Part shown: positions 42,234-51,375 of the stretch, piece after piece | How the letters are laid out: every line of letters starts with the position of its first letter | Position numbering within the stretch: position 1 is the stretch's first letter | Assembly (NCBI GenBank): GCA_964620885.1 | Contig: CAZUKR010000002.1 | Span: forward strand, 3,621 to 67,620 | Reading direction: 5' to 3' | Length of the DNA stretch: 64,000 bases | From: an uncultured Eubacterium sp. | GTDB taxonomy: Bacteria > Bacillota > Clostridia > Lachnospirales > Lachnospiraceae | Position numbers and translations under genes: made by a program | The notes under the pieces: model-generated | Databases searched by the model: none | What the model was told of the DNA's origin: nothing | What the model saw: only the letters and a program-made list of their open reading frames with translations

Positions 42234-42405
42234 AAAATGGTTAAAGAAGGCTTATTTATATTAATAAGCTTTTTTTAGTTAAAAAAATGTAAAAAATAGT
42301 CAGGTGAAGCCCAAAAATATGACAGATATAGACATTAATTTATTATTGGACTTATTGGAGTAAAATAGAGGAAAAAAGAAAAGGAAAAAGGAAAGAGGAA
42401 AAAAG

Positions 42406-43020
42406 ATGTTTGAAATGCGAAAGAGACAAAAAATATACTTAGCAGCAATATTTGTTTTAATAGCAATTATAGTGATAGTAACCGTGCTGCTGATGGTGGT
42501 ATTATGGAACAAAGAAAATGAAGATTTGACTAGGGATATAACAAAATACGAATCTTATATCGGGGATGAAGGAAGGTATAAGCGAATATTTGATAGATAT
42601 AATGATATATTTCCTAATACAATACCAGAAACGGCTGAGATAGAAAACTTCTATTATCACTATTACAACCCTTGGGATGCCTGTTGTCTGGGATATTTAA
42701 TATATACTTGCGATGAGAAAGATTATGAGAAAGAATACAAAAGGCTGAAAAAAATTGAATCATCGGAGGATAAATATATTTATGGGGCAACAAGTTTTCC
42801 CTATGAGCTTTGTGCAGTGTATACAGATCCTTACTATGGGTATATTTACGCAATGACAGACAAAGATTCAAAGAAGTTTATTTATGTACAAATAGAATTT
42901 TGTAATTACGTTACCGATATTGATTATGAATCAGTAGTTTTGCCAGAGCATCTTCCGGTTGGATTTGATGCAAATCCGGGAAATGCAACGGAGTTGTCTG
43001 AGAGGGAAAAAGAGGAGTAG
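42406..43020 (+). CDS. Hypothetical exported/membrane-anchored Tyr-rich protein
   Basis: N-terminal TM, soluble domain, RBS present. Confidence 0.75.
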   Translation: MFEMRKRQKIYLAAIFVLIAIIVIVTVLLMVVLWNKENEDLTRDITKYESYIGDEGRYKRIFDRYNDIFPNTIPETAEIENFYYHYYNPWDACCLGYLIYTCDEKDYEKEYKRLKKIESSEDKYIYGATSFPYELCAVYTDPYYGYIYAMTDKDSKKFIYVQIEFCNYVTDIDYESVVLPEHLPVGFDANPGNATELSEREKEE

Positions 43021-43040
43021 GAAGAAGTGAGGTAATAAAT

Positions 43041-43178
43041 ATGGAACAATTTTTAAGGGTAGGAAAAATGTTTTCGGGAATATTGGTTATATTTGCAATC
43101 ATAATGATAGGAAGCGGAATTGTAGCGCTGATCCCACTCCGGTTTGGCAGAAAATATATAAAAACAGTCAATCAATAA
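43041..43178 (+). CDS. Small single-TM protein (45 aa)
   Basis: MEQFLRVGKMFSGILVIFAIIMIGSGIVALIPLRFGRKYIKTVNQ; GAGGT RBS. Confidence 0.45.
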   Translation: MEQFLRVGKMFSGILVIFAIIMIGSGIVALIPLRFGRKYIKTVNQ

Positions 43179-43185
43179 AACATAA

Positions 43186-43230
43186 GGAGTGTCGCGAAAT
43201 AGCCGATTTTTAGCTATGGCGTGACATTCC
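43186..43230. repeat. Direct repeat B, left copy, inside a nested hairpin (probable bidirectional terminator)
   Basis: GGAGTGTCGCG-AAATAGCCGATTTTTAGCTATG-GCGTGACATTCC; core 43197-43218 identical to 46260-46281. Confidence 0.85.
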
Positions 43231-43251
43231 TTTTTGCCAGTAACGTCATTT

Positions 43252-44049
43252 CTACTTGGTTTCTATTGGAACCTGAAGCTCCATTCTCCGAATGAACTCT
43301 CCGTTATCTATGCCGCGGCCTCGTATTAAACCAGATATAGGGCCTGCAATTTTGTAATTATGTTTATTGATATATTCTAAAGCCTCATCTGCACAATGCT
43401 CACTAAATTCTCCAATATTACCCATTCTAACAATCGTGCATACGCAATAAGCACTTTCTCGTTTTTTAGCCCTGCCTAACATACTTTGTGGTAATAATTC
43501 CTTATAACTATTTTCCAATGAGAAATACCACTCATCTTTTGGGCCAAATTCAATAACAGGATCTAAAAAAGCGATGGCCTTCGGTGACAATAGAACATTT
43601 GAGATATCATCTGGTAGGTCGATCTGCTCATAATCATCTCCTTTTGATGATAATAGGTGGAAGCTATACCTTACAGGTACCTTTTTTATCCAAAAGTTAT
43701 GTTCATTAAATTCATAACATTCAATATTCTCTAATAGCTCATTTACACGTACGGTCTGCAATGTTTTATATTGAATTTCCTGAGAAAGCTTTTCACTATA
43801 TGCCTCCAGACTTCGTCGCATTGAAGCAGAATAATCATTGTTTTTTTGAGCACTGATATTCTTTAATGGAATATCCAATTCCTTATTTGCTAAAAACTCA
43901 CAAAAAGAATAAATATCCCAAATGCTATACTGTCTATAATTGTTCTCGTTTTCACGAGTTGGCGCCATCGCGCCTTGCTTTTCATAGTATCTAATCATTT
44001 CTTTGGATACATGAAACATCTTGGAAAGATCACTAATCTTATAATTCAT
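43252..44049 (-). CDS. MerR family transcriptional regulator with C-terminal effector-binding (GyrI-like/BmrR-type) domain
   Basis: YKISDLSKMFHVSKEMIRYYEKQG...ENNYRQYS; C-terminal ELQVPI. Confidence 0.9.
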   Translation of the reverse strand: MNYKISDLSKMFHVSKEMIRYYEKQGAMAPTRENENNYRQYSIWDIYSFCEFLANKELDIPLKNISAQKNNDYSASMRRSLEAYSEKLSQEIQYKTLQTVRVNELLENIECYEFNEHNFWIKKVPVRYSFHLLSSKGDDYEQIDLPDDISNVLLSPKAIAFLDPVIEFGPKDEWYFSLENSYKELLPQSMLGRAKKRESAYCVCTIVRMGNIGEFSEHCADEALEYINKHNYKIAGPISGLIRGRGIDNGEFIRRMELQVPIETK

Positions 44050-44067
44050 AAATGTCCTCGCAAACTG

Positions 44068-44080
44068 TGAAATGGTTTCA
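44068..44080. promoter_or_regulatory. Second MerR-type operator near the merR start (putative autorepression site)
   Basis: TGAAAT-G-GTTTCA resembles the dyad at 44197-44213. Confidence 0.5.
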
Positions 44081-44191
44081 TACTATTTTATTATACTACA
44101 ATTCGTTAAATATGAAAATATGCCAACTTCTTGACATATTTGTCAATTATAATAATAATTCAACTGTGTTTTGTGGTGAAAATTTACACCC

Positions 44192-44222
44192 TTGACCATG
44201 AAATAATTTCATGCTCTATAAT
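44192..44222 (+). promoter_or_regulatory. MerR-activated promoter of the flavin oxidoreductase
   Basis: TTGACC-19 bp-TATAAT with perfect dyad CATGAAAT-A-ATTTCATG (44197-44213). Confidence 0.85.
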
Positions 44223-44246
44223 TAAGAAAAAGTATCAGGAGGGCCT

Positions 44247-46190
44247 TTGAATATGAATTTAAACACTGTATTTTCAGAGAAAAAAATTGGTAACTGCACT
44301 ATTCCTAATCGTCTTATTGTTCCCGCAATGGTTACAAATTATTGTACTGCCGATGGATTTTTAACCAATCGTTATATCAAGTACATTGAAGAAAAAGCAA
44401 AAGGCGGCTGGGGTCTCATCATCACGGAGGATTACGCTGTTCAGCCTTCTGGCAAAGGCTATGAAAGAATTCCTGGTCTCTTCAAGGATGAACAGGTTGA
44501 ATTAAACAAAAAGCTTACTGCAACAGTTCATAATTATGAATCTAAGATTTTCTGCCAAATGTACCATCCGGGACGTCAGACATCAAAGGCTGTCAACGGT
44601 GGCCAAACACCAGTTGCACCTTCTGCAACAAAGGATCCGGCATGTTTTGAATTGACACGCGCTATTACAGTTGATGAAATCCATCAGCTCGTTGAGGATT
44701 TTGGTTCAGCAGCAAGACGCTGTAAGGAAGCAGGCTTTGATGGTATTGAGCTTCATTGTGCTCATGGATACCTTCTTGCAGAGTTTTTATCACCATATGT
44801 AAATAAGAGAACGGATGAATATGGTGGATGCTTTACAAACCGTGTTCGTATTGTAGATGAAATCTATGCTGAAATGCGTAAGAAAGTGGGATCGGATTTC
44901 CCTATTACTGCACGTATTTCTGTAAACGAATATGTTCAGGGCGGCCGTACAGAAGCAGAAAGCTACGAGCTTGCTCTTCATCTTGCAGAGCTTGGATTTG
45001 ATACTATTCACTGCTCAAATGGTGTTTATGCTGCTCATCCAAGAAATCAGGTTATTGCACCCATGTTTACTGACCATGCTTTAAACATGGACACAGCTGG
45101 GCAGGTTAAGAAGTTAATTGATGTCCCTGTAATCGTTACAAATAGAATTAACGACCCTGAAATGGCTGAAACACTACTCAGAATGGGTAAGGCTGACTTT
45201 ATCGGAATGGGCCGTGGCTCTCTTGCGGATCCACATCTTCCAGCTAAAGCAAAGGATCATAATTTTGAAAATATTCAGTATTGTATTGGTTGTCTTCAGG
45301 GCTGTGAGATGCCGCTTCTCATGAATGGCGATGTCACATGTCTTGTAAATCCAAGAGTTGGCCGCGAATGTGAAGCCGAGCTTACTAAGGTTGAAAGACC
45401 AAAGAAGGTAATGATTATTGGTGGAGGACCTGCAGGTCTTGAAGCAGCAAAAACCGCGGCCCTACGTGGTCATGATGTCACATTATATGAAGCAAATGCA
45501 GAGCTTGGTGGACAGTGGCGCGCTGCAGCCTTTCCAATTGGAAAGGGCGAGTTATCTACATTTACATCATCTCTTAGAAAAGATCTTGAGGATTTAAAGG
45601 TACCTATGTTACTTAATACAGAGGTCACAGAAGAGGTTATTAAGGCAGAAAAGCCAGATGCAATTATCACCGCTACTGGATCTAAGCCACTTAGCCTGCC
45701 TATTCCTGGTCTTGATGGCGATAATGTCATTACAGCAGAGGATGCTCTTACAAATAAATATGATATTGGAAATGGTCCATGTGTAGTTTGCGGTGGTGGT
45801 GAAGTAGGTGGTGAAACAGCTCATTATCTTGCGGAAAGAAACCACAATGTCACTATTCTGGAAATGCAGGACGACATCCTAATGGACATGATGCCGATAA
45901 CAAAAGTTTGCTTGATGGAAATGCTTGAAGCATCTCATGTAAATGTATTAACTGGATGCAAGGTTTCTGAAATCACAGCAGACTCTGTCAAGTATACTGA
46001 TGCATCAGGCAAAGAGTGTTCTATTCCTGCAGATACTGTTGTTTCAGCATTTGGTTACAGGGCCTACAACCCGCTAGAAGAAATTGCAAAGGCTAATTGC
46101 TCAGAGGTATATCTTGTGGGCGGCGCTGTGGAGGCTGGAAATGCTGTAACTGCAACAAGGGAAGGCTATGAGGCTGCTATGAAGCTTTAG
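44247..46190 (+). CDS. NADH:flavin oxidoreductase (Old Yellow Enzyme-like; 2,4-dienoyl-CoA reductase/BaiCD-BaiH superfamily architecture)
   Basis: HCAHGYLLAEFLSP, NKRTDEYGG, Fe-S motif CIGCLQGC...CLVNP, GGGPAG and GGGEVG Rossmann motifs. Confidence 0.92.
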   Translation: MNMNLNTVFSEKKIGNCTIPNRLIVPAMVTNYCTADGFLTNRYIKYIEEKAKGGWGLIITEDYAVQPSGKGYERIPGLFKDEQVELNKKLTATVHNYESKIFCQMYHPGRQTSKAVNGGQTPVAPSATKDPACFELTRAITVDEIHQLVEDFGSAARRCKEAGFDGIELHCAHGYLLAEFLSPYVNKRTDEYGGCFTNRVRIVDEIYAEMRKKVGSDFPITARISVNEYVQGGRTEAESYELALHLAELGFDTIHCSNGVYAAHPRNQVIAPMFTDHALNMDTAGQVKKLIDVPVIVTNRINDPEMAETLLRMGKADFIGMGRGSLADPHLPAKAKDHNFENIQYCIGCLQGCEMPLLMNGDVTCLVNPRVGRECEAELTKVERPKKVMIIGGGPAGLEAAKTAALRGHDVTLYEANAELGGQWRAAAFPIGKGELSTFTSSLRKDLEDLKVPMLLNTEVTEEVIKAEKPDAIITATGSKPLSLPIPGLDGDNVITAEDALTNKYDIGNGPCVVCGGGEVGGETAHYLAERNHNVTILEMQDDILMDMMPITKVCLMEMLEASHVNVLTGCKVSEITADSVKYTDASGKECSIPADTVVSAFGYRAYNPLEEIAKANCSEVYLVGGAVEAGNAVTATREGYEAAMKL

Positions 46191-46214
46191 TTTACAGATA
46201 TATAAACATACTTG

Positions 46215-46246
46215 AAAAGGGGCGGAAACAAACGCCCCTAAAAAAA
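46215..46246 (+). terminator. Terminator after the oxidoreductase
   Basis: AGGGGCG / CGCCCCT stem flanked by A tracts. Confidence 0.7.
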
Positions 46247-46251
46247 TGGGT

Positions 46252-46281
46252 GTGTTGCAAAATAGCCGATTTTTAGCTATG
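46252..46281. repeat. Direct repeat B, right copy, overlapping the GNAT stop codon
   Basis: GTGTTGCAAAATAGCCGATTTTTAGCTATG vs GTGTCGCGAAATAGCCGATTTTTAGCTATG (28/30). Confidence 0.85.
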
Positions 46282-47011
46282 TCAGAAGATAATAAACCGT
46301 ATATGGCTCACCTCTATGATACCCCAGCTTCTCTGCCAGGGCCACAGAACGCAGGTCATGGGCATCCCAGCTGGGATAAAGATTACGTTCCTGACACTCC
46401 AGAATCAGCTTGGCACCACAGGCCAAAGCAAGCCCCTGTCTCCGGTACTCCGGTTTTGTATCAATTTCAATTTCTATACCATCAGAATAAATGGAATAAG
46501 AAGAAGCACCGGCTACCGGAATTCCATTTTCAAGGACGAAAACACCCAGTCCCCTATTTCTATAATCTTCATATCCATTAAATAAAGAACAAAGGTCGCG
46601 AGACCAGGGTTCTTTATTTAACATATCATAAATTTCCCGAGTTATAAAAGAAAGAGAAAATTCTTTCGGTAATGCAGCTGCAAATTCCAATAATTTTTCC
46701 CGTTTAAAAATACCAGACTCTTTTTTAATCGTATACCGGGTAGCTTTTTCTACTTTGGAGCCCCAAGTATCTTCAATTGCCTTGCTCCATGAGGACGTTT
46801 GGGGAGTAAGGATAGGAGCCGGGGCATTTCGAATCAATTCATCGTTAGGAACACCTGCAAAAAAACAAAAATCGCCTACTGCAATCAGCGCAGAGCGGGC
46901 AGGAGTATGACCATCAGACAAAAGACAGCCCATATGTCCCTGGAGACAGGACCATACCATTGTTTCTTCCCATCCATCAAATAAAGAAATAATATCAGCA
47001 GTATATTTCAT
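46277..47011 (-). CDS. GNAT family acetyltransferase
   Basis: IEIEIDTKPEYRRQGLALACGAKLI, PSWDAHDLRSVALAEKLGY. Confidence 0.9.
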   Translation of the reverse strand: MKYTADIISLFDGWEETMVWSCLQGHMGCLLSDGHTPARSALIAVGDFCFFAGVPNDELIRNAPAPILTPQTSSWSKAIEDTWGSKVEKATRYTIKKESGIFKREKLLEFAAALPKEFSLSFITREIYDMLNKEPWSRDLCSLFNGYEDYRNRGLGVFVLENGIPVAGASSYSIYSDGIEIEIDTKPEYRRQGLALACGAKLILECQERNLYPSWDAHDLRSVALAEKLGYHRGEPYTVYYLLT

Positions 47012-47405
47012 ACAATTCTCCTTTTATAAATATGCAGTTAGCAAGTTTGAAATTATACTATACCATATGAAAAATGTTGTCAACAGTGTATACACGGAAG
47101 GAAAGCGCTGCCTTGCGGCAACGCTTTGGGGAGTAAATTTATGAAATGTTTTATGGGGTGCCACATTCTTGGGCGGTGGCACCAATCTATGTAAATGTTA
47201 ATTGTTTTTAGTCGAAGCTGATAACAGCGCGCTGTGCATTATCAACTTCATTTGATATATTGAGTATAAGATAAAATTGTGTGCAAACTATGGATAATTT
47301 CTAAAAGAAAAATTAAAAATTCCAAAGAAATTATGAAGAAAATGTAAAAATTATTTGCTATAATAGAATGGAAGATTATGTATTAAAAAGGAAAGGAGTT
47401 TTTGT

Positions 47406-48524
47406 ATGGGGAAATCAAAGGTATATTTTACTACATTCAAAACATCATTTACGGAAAATATCCCAGATAAATTAAGAAGACTAGTTCTTACATCTGGAAT
47501 CAGGGATATTAACTTTAAAGATCATTATGCGGCCATTAAAATACATTTTGGCGAGCTTGGAAATCTTGCGTTTTTAAGGCCCAATTATGCGAAGGTAGTT
47601 GTAGACATTGTAAAAGAGCTTGGGGGCAAGGCATTTTTGACGGACTGCAATACCCTGTATGTAGGAAGTAGAAAAAATGCACTGGATCATCTGGATACGG
47701 CATATGAGAATGGATTCAGCCCATTTTCCACAGGCTGTCATGTGCTGATTGCAGACGGATTAAAGGGAACAGACGAGGAGCTGGTTCCGGTAGAAGGCGG
47801 GGAATATATAAAAGAAGCCAAAATCGGACGTGCCGTCATGGATGCAGATGTGTTTATCTCCCTTACCCATTTTAAGGGACATGAGGCCACAGGATTTGGG
47901 GGTGCACTGAAGAATATAGGTATGGGGTGTGGTTCCCGGGCAGGAAAAATGGAAATGCACAGTGATGGAAAACCCAATGTGAATCAGGAAAAATGTATAG
48001 GCTGCGGAGCCTGCACCAAAGTGTGCGCTCACACAGGAGTCACCCTTACAGATAAAAAGGCATTTATCAATCATGATAAATGTGTCGGATGCGGAAGATG
48101 TATCGGAGTCTGTCCCAAAGATGCAGTTTTGCCGGGAACAGATAGCACCAATGATGTATTAAACTATAAAATTGCGGAGTACAGCAAAGCAGTATGCGAT
48201 GGAAGACCGCATTTTCATATTTCTATTATCTGTGATGTATCTCCCAACTGCGATTGCCATTCGGAAAATGATATACCAATTATTCCGAATGTAGGAATGT
48301 TTGCCTCATTTGATCCTGTGGCATTAGATGTTGCCTGCGCGGATGCCTGCAATCGTCAGCCTGTTATTGCAGGAAGTATTTTAAGTAAAAACAAAGAACA
48401 GGAACATGAGGAGCACCATGATCATTTCCATGTAACACATCCTGATACAAACTGGAAGTCCTGTGTAGAACATGCAGAAAAGATTGGACTTGGAACCAGA
48501 GCGTATGAGCTGATTGAAATATAG
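47406..48524 (+). CDS. DUF362 family Fe-S protein with 2x[4Fe-4S] ferredoxin domain
   Basis: IKIHFGE, HFKGH, GGALKNIGMG, CIGCGACTKVC, CVGCGRCIGVC. Confidence 0.88.
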   Translation: MGKSKVYFTTFKTSFTENIPDKLRRLVLTSGIRDINFKDHYAAIKIHFGELGNLAFLRPNYAKVVVDIVKELGGKAFLTDCNTLYVGSRKNALDHLDTAYENGFSPFSTGCHVLIADGLKGTDEELVPVEGGEYIKEAKIGRAVMDADVFISLTHFKGHEATGFGGALKNIGMGCGSRAGKMEMHSDGKPNVNQEKCIGCGACTKVCAHTGVTLTDKKAFINHDKCVGCGRCIGVCPKDAVLPGTDSTNDVLNYKIAEYSKAVCDGRPHFHISIICDVSPNCDCHSENDIPIIPNVGMFASFDPVALDVACADACNRQPVIAGSILSKNKEQEHEEHHDHFHVTHPDTNWKSCVEHAEKIGLGTRAYELIEI

Positions 48525-48786
48525 TGTATTTGTTTTCATGCACAGGTTGTATTTTGTGGAAAACCGTGATACGATAAACTTGGTACGTGGATAGAAGACT
48601 CTTACCACAAACCTTAACAATAAAAGCAGACCAGACCAAGAAGGAGAACCTGAAGGGAAAGGTGCAGATATATAGTGGAAACCGGCAGAAGAATTCTGGC
48701 GGTGCAGATTGTATAAATATGCCCTGTGCCTTTTTGGTACAGGGATTTCTTTGTTTTATTATCAGAAAGCCTTGTTACGTTAAAGT

Positions 48787-49872
48787 ATGAAAGAGGAGGT
48801 GAGAGCGGAAACAGCCGCTTTGTATATGATATTGCAATTAATAGATAAGCTGGAGCAGCAGCATTACCTTACCAAAGAAGAATGGACAGCCCTCATTGAA
48901 GGCCGAAACCAGGAAATAGCCGCCTATTTATTTGAAAAGGCAAGATACTGGCAGCACAAATATTTTGGGAATAAAGTCTATACAAGAGGGTTAATTGAGT
49001 TTACTAATTATTGTAAAAATGACTGCTATTACTGCGGAATCCGCAGGAGCAACCAGAATGCCCAAAGATATCGTCTCACTCAGGAGCAGATATTGGAATG
49101 CTGCGGCATTGGACATGAACTTGGATTTAGAACCTTTGTATTGCAGGGGGGAGAAGACGGATGGTTTACTCAGGATAAGCTGGAGCACATTGTAAGAGAG
49201 ATAAAAGAGAAATATTCAGACTGTGCCCTGACCCTCTCCATGGGTGAACGGAGCACTGAGAGTTATAAAAGACTTTTTGAAGCAGGAGCAGACCGTTATC
49301 TGCTGCGGCATGAAACAGCAGACAGCCGGCATTACCAGAAACTTCATCCTGCCGAACTTACCGCTGAAAAAAGGCAGCAGTGCCTGAAAGAGCTGAAAGA
49401 AATCGGTTATCAGACGGGAACCGGATTTATGGTAGGCAGTCCCGGACAGACACCGGAACAGCTTGCAGAAGATATGATGTTTATTCATGAACTGCAGCCC
49501 CACATGGTAGGGATAGGTCCCTTTGTTCCCCATCATGAGACACCCTTTGGAGCAGAGCTGGGAGGAACCGTAGAACTGACCTTGTTTATGATTGGTTTGC
49601 TGCGGGTTATGCAGCCCAAACTACTATTGCCATCCACCACGGCTCTCGGAACCATCGACCCTCTGGGGAGAGAAAAAGGAATACAGGCAGGGGCCAATGT
49701 AGTAATGCCCAATCTGTCCCCTACTTCTGTACGAAAGAAATATGAACTGTATGATAATAAAATCTGTACAGGGGATGAGGCGGCGGAATGCCGTGTGTGC
49801 TTAAACCGCCGGATGGAAGGTATAGGATATGAACTGGTAACGAACCGGGGAGATTATCCAGATGGTATTTAG
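48787..49872 (+). CDS. hydE: [FeFe]-hydrogenase H-cluster maturase HydE (radical SAM)
   Basis: RGLIEFTNYCKNDCYYCGIR, YLLRHET, GIGPFVPH, YELYDNKIC. Confidence 0.9.
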   Translation: MKEEVRAETAALYMILQLIDKLEQQHYLTKEEWTALIEGRNQEIAAYLFEKARYWQHKYFGNKVYTRGLIEFTNYCKNDCYYCGIRRSNQNAQRYRLTQEQILECCGIGHELGFRTFVLQGGEDGWFTQDKLEHIVREIKEKYSDCALTLSMGERSTESYKRLFEAGADRYLLRHETADSRHYQKLHPAELTAEKRQQCLKELKEIGYQTGTGFMVGSPGQTPEQLAEDMMFIHELQPHMVGIGPFVPHHETPFGAELGGTVELTLFMIGLLRVMQPKLLLPSTTALGTIDPLGREKGIQAGANVVMPNLSPTSVRKKYELYDNKICTGDEAAECRVCLNRRMEGIGYELVTNRGDYPDGI

Positions 49873-49905
49873 AACAGATAATTTTAAGAATATGGAGGAA
49901 AAAGA

Positions 49906-51324
49906 ATGTATAACGTAATGTCACCAAAAGCAGAAGAATTTATCAGCGATGAAGAAATTCTGGAATCTATGGAATATGCAGAAAAAAATAAAAACAATAG
50001 AGAAGTGATTGAACAGATTTTGGAAAAGGCCAGAGAACGTAAAGGTCTTTCTCATAGAGAGGCAATTGTGCTTCTGGACTGTGAGCTGGAAGATAAGAAT
50101 CAGGAAATCTACGAGCTGGCAGAAACCATTAAGCAGGAATTTTACGGTAACCGTATTGTTATGTTTGCACCATTGTATTTATCCAACTACTGTATTAATG
50201 GATGTGAATACTGTCCTTATCATCTGAAAAATAAACACATTGCCCGTAAAAAACTGACTCAGGAAGAGATTGTAAAAGAAGTTACTGCTCTGCAGGATAT
50301 GGGACACAAACGTCTGGCTTTAGAAGCAGGAGAAGATCCTGTAAATAATCCAATTGAATATATTCTGGAATGTATTGATACCATTTATGGAATTAAACAT
50401 AAAAATGGAGAAATCCGTCGTGTAAACGTAAATATTGCGGCCACAACAATAGAAAATTACCGGAAATTAAAAGATGCAGGAATCGGTACCTATATTTTGT
50501 TCCAGGAAACCTACAATAAAGAATCATATGAAAAGCTTCACCCCACAGGACCAAAGCATGATTATGCGTATCACACAGAAGCCATGGACCGTGCCATGGA
50601 AGGTGGTATTGATGATGTAGGCCTTGGAGTTCTTTATGGATTGAATAACTATCGCTATGATTTTGTGGGCATTCTGATGCATGCAGAGCATTTGGAGGCG
50701 TACAAGGGTGTTGGGCCTCATACCATCAGTGTTCCAAGGGTGCGCAGAGCAGACGATATTGATCCGGATGCATTTGACAATGGTATTTCCGATGAGACAT
50801 TCCAGAAGATTGTGGCATGTATCCGTATTGCAGTGCCTTATACCGGAATGATTGTGTCTACCCGCGAATCACAGGCCTGTCGTGAAAAGGTACTTCACCT
50901 GGGGGTTTCCCAGATTAGTGGTGGTTCTAAAACAAGTGTAGGCGGGTATGCAGAGCCAGAACCAGAAGAAGAAAATTCTGCACAGTTTGATGTCAGTGAC
51001 AACCGTACTCTGGATGAAGTTGTAAAATGGCTGATGGATATGGGATTTGTTCCAAGTTTCTGTACTGCATGTTACCGGGAAGGCAGAACCGGAGATCGGT
51101 TCATGACGCTGTTAAAGAGCAGGCAGATTGTAAACTGCTGTCATCCGAATGCTCTTATGACTCTGAAAGAATATCTGGAGGATTATGCGGCACCGGCAAC
51201 TAAAGAAGTCGGGGAAAAACTGATTATCAAAGAACAGGAAGTGATTACCAATCCTAAGGTAAAAGAAAAAGTAGCTGAATATCTTGCGAATATTCATAAT
51301 GGAGAGCGTGATTTCCGTTTCTAA
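49906..51324 (+). CDS. hydG: [FeFe]-hydrogenase H-cluster maturase HydG (radical SAM)
   Basis: FAPLYLSNYCINGCEYC, auxiliary cluster motif SFCTACYR...NCC, C-terminal RDFRF. Confidence 0.93.
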   Translation: MYNVMSPKAEEFISDEEILESMEYAEKNKNNREVIEQILEKARERKGLSHREAIVLLDCELEDKNQEIYELAETIKQEFYGNRIVMFAPLYLSNYCINGCEYCPYHLKNKHIARKKLTQEEIVKEVTALQDMGHKRLALEAGEDPVNNPIEYILECIDTIYGIKHKNGEIRRVNVNIAATTIENYRKLKDAGIGTYILFQETYNKESYEKLHPTGPKHDYAYHTEAMDRAMEGGIDDVGLGVLYGLNNYRYDFVGILMHAEHLEAYKGVGPHTISVPRVRRADDIDPDAFDNGISDETFQKIVACIRIAVPYTGMIVSTRESQACREKVLHLGVSQISGGSKTSVGGYAEPEPEEENSAQFDVSDNRTLDEVVKWLMDMGFVPSFCTACYREGRTGDRFMTLLKSRQIVNCCHPNALMTLKEYLEDYAAPATKEVGEKLIIKEQEVITNPKVKEKVAEYLANIHNGERDFRF

Positions 51325-51330
51325 ATTATA

Positions 51331-51375
51331 AAAAATAGGGTTATTGGATTTGTTTTCCAATAACCCTATTTTTTT
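51331..51375. terminator. Bidirectional terminator between hydG and the MATE gene
   Basis: AAAAATAGGGTTATTGG / CCAATAACCCTATTTTT. Confidence 0.85.

Noticed and set aside
44247-46190. Specific baiCD/baiH or bilR assignment
   Set aside because: Only superfamily motifs are visible; no bai neighbours or diagnostic motif
48587-48790. 67-aa ORF or riboswitch upstream of hydE
   Set aside because: No RBS, no homology and no recognisable aptamer; only a hairpin CCCTGT/ACAGGG
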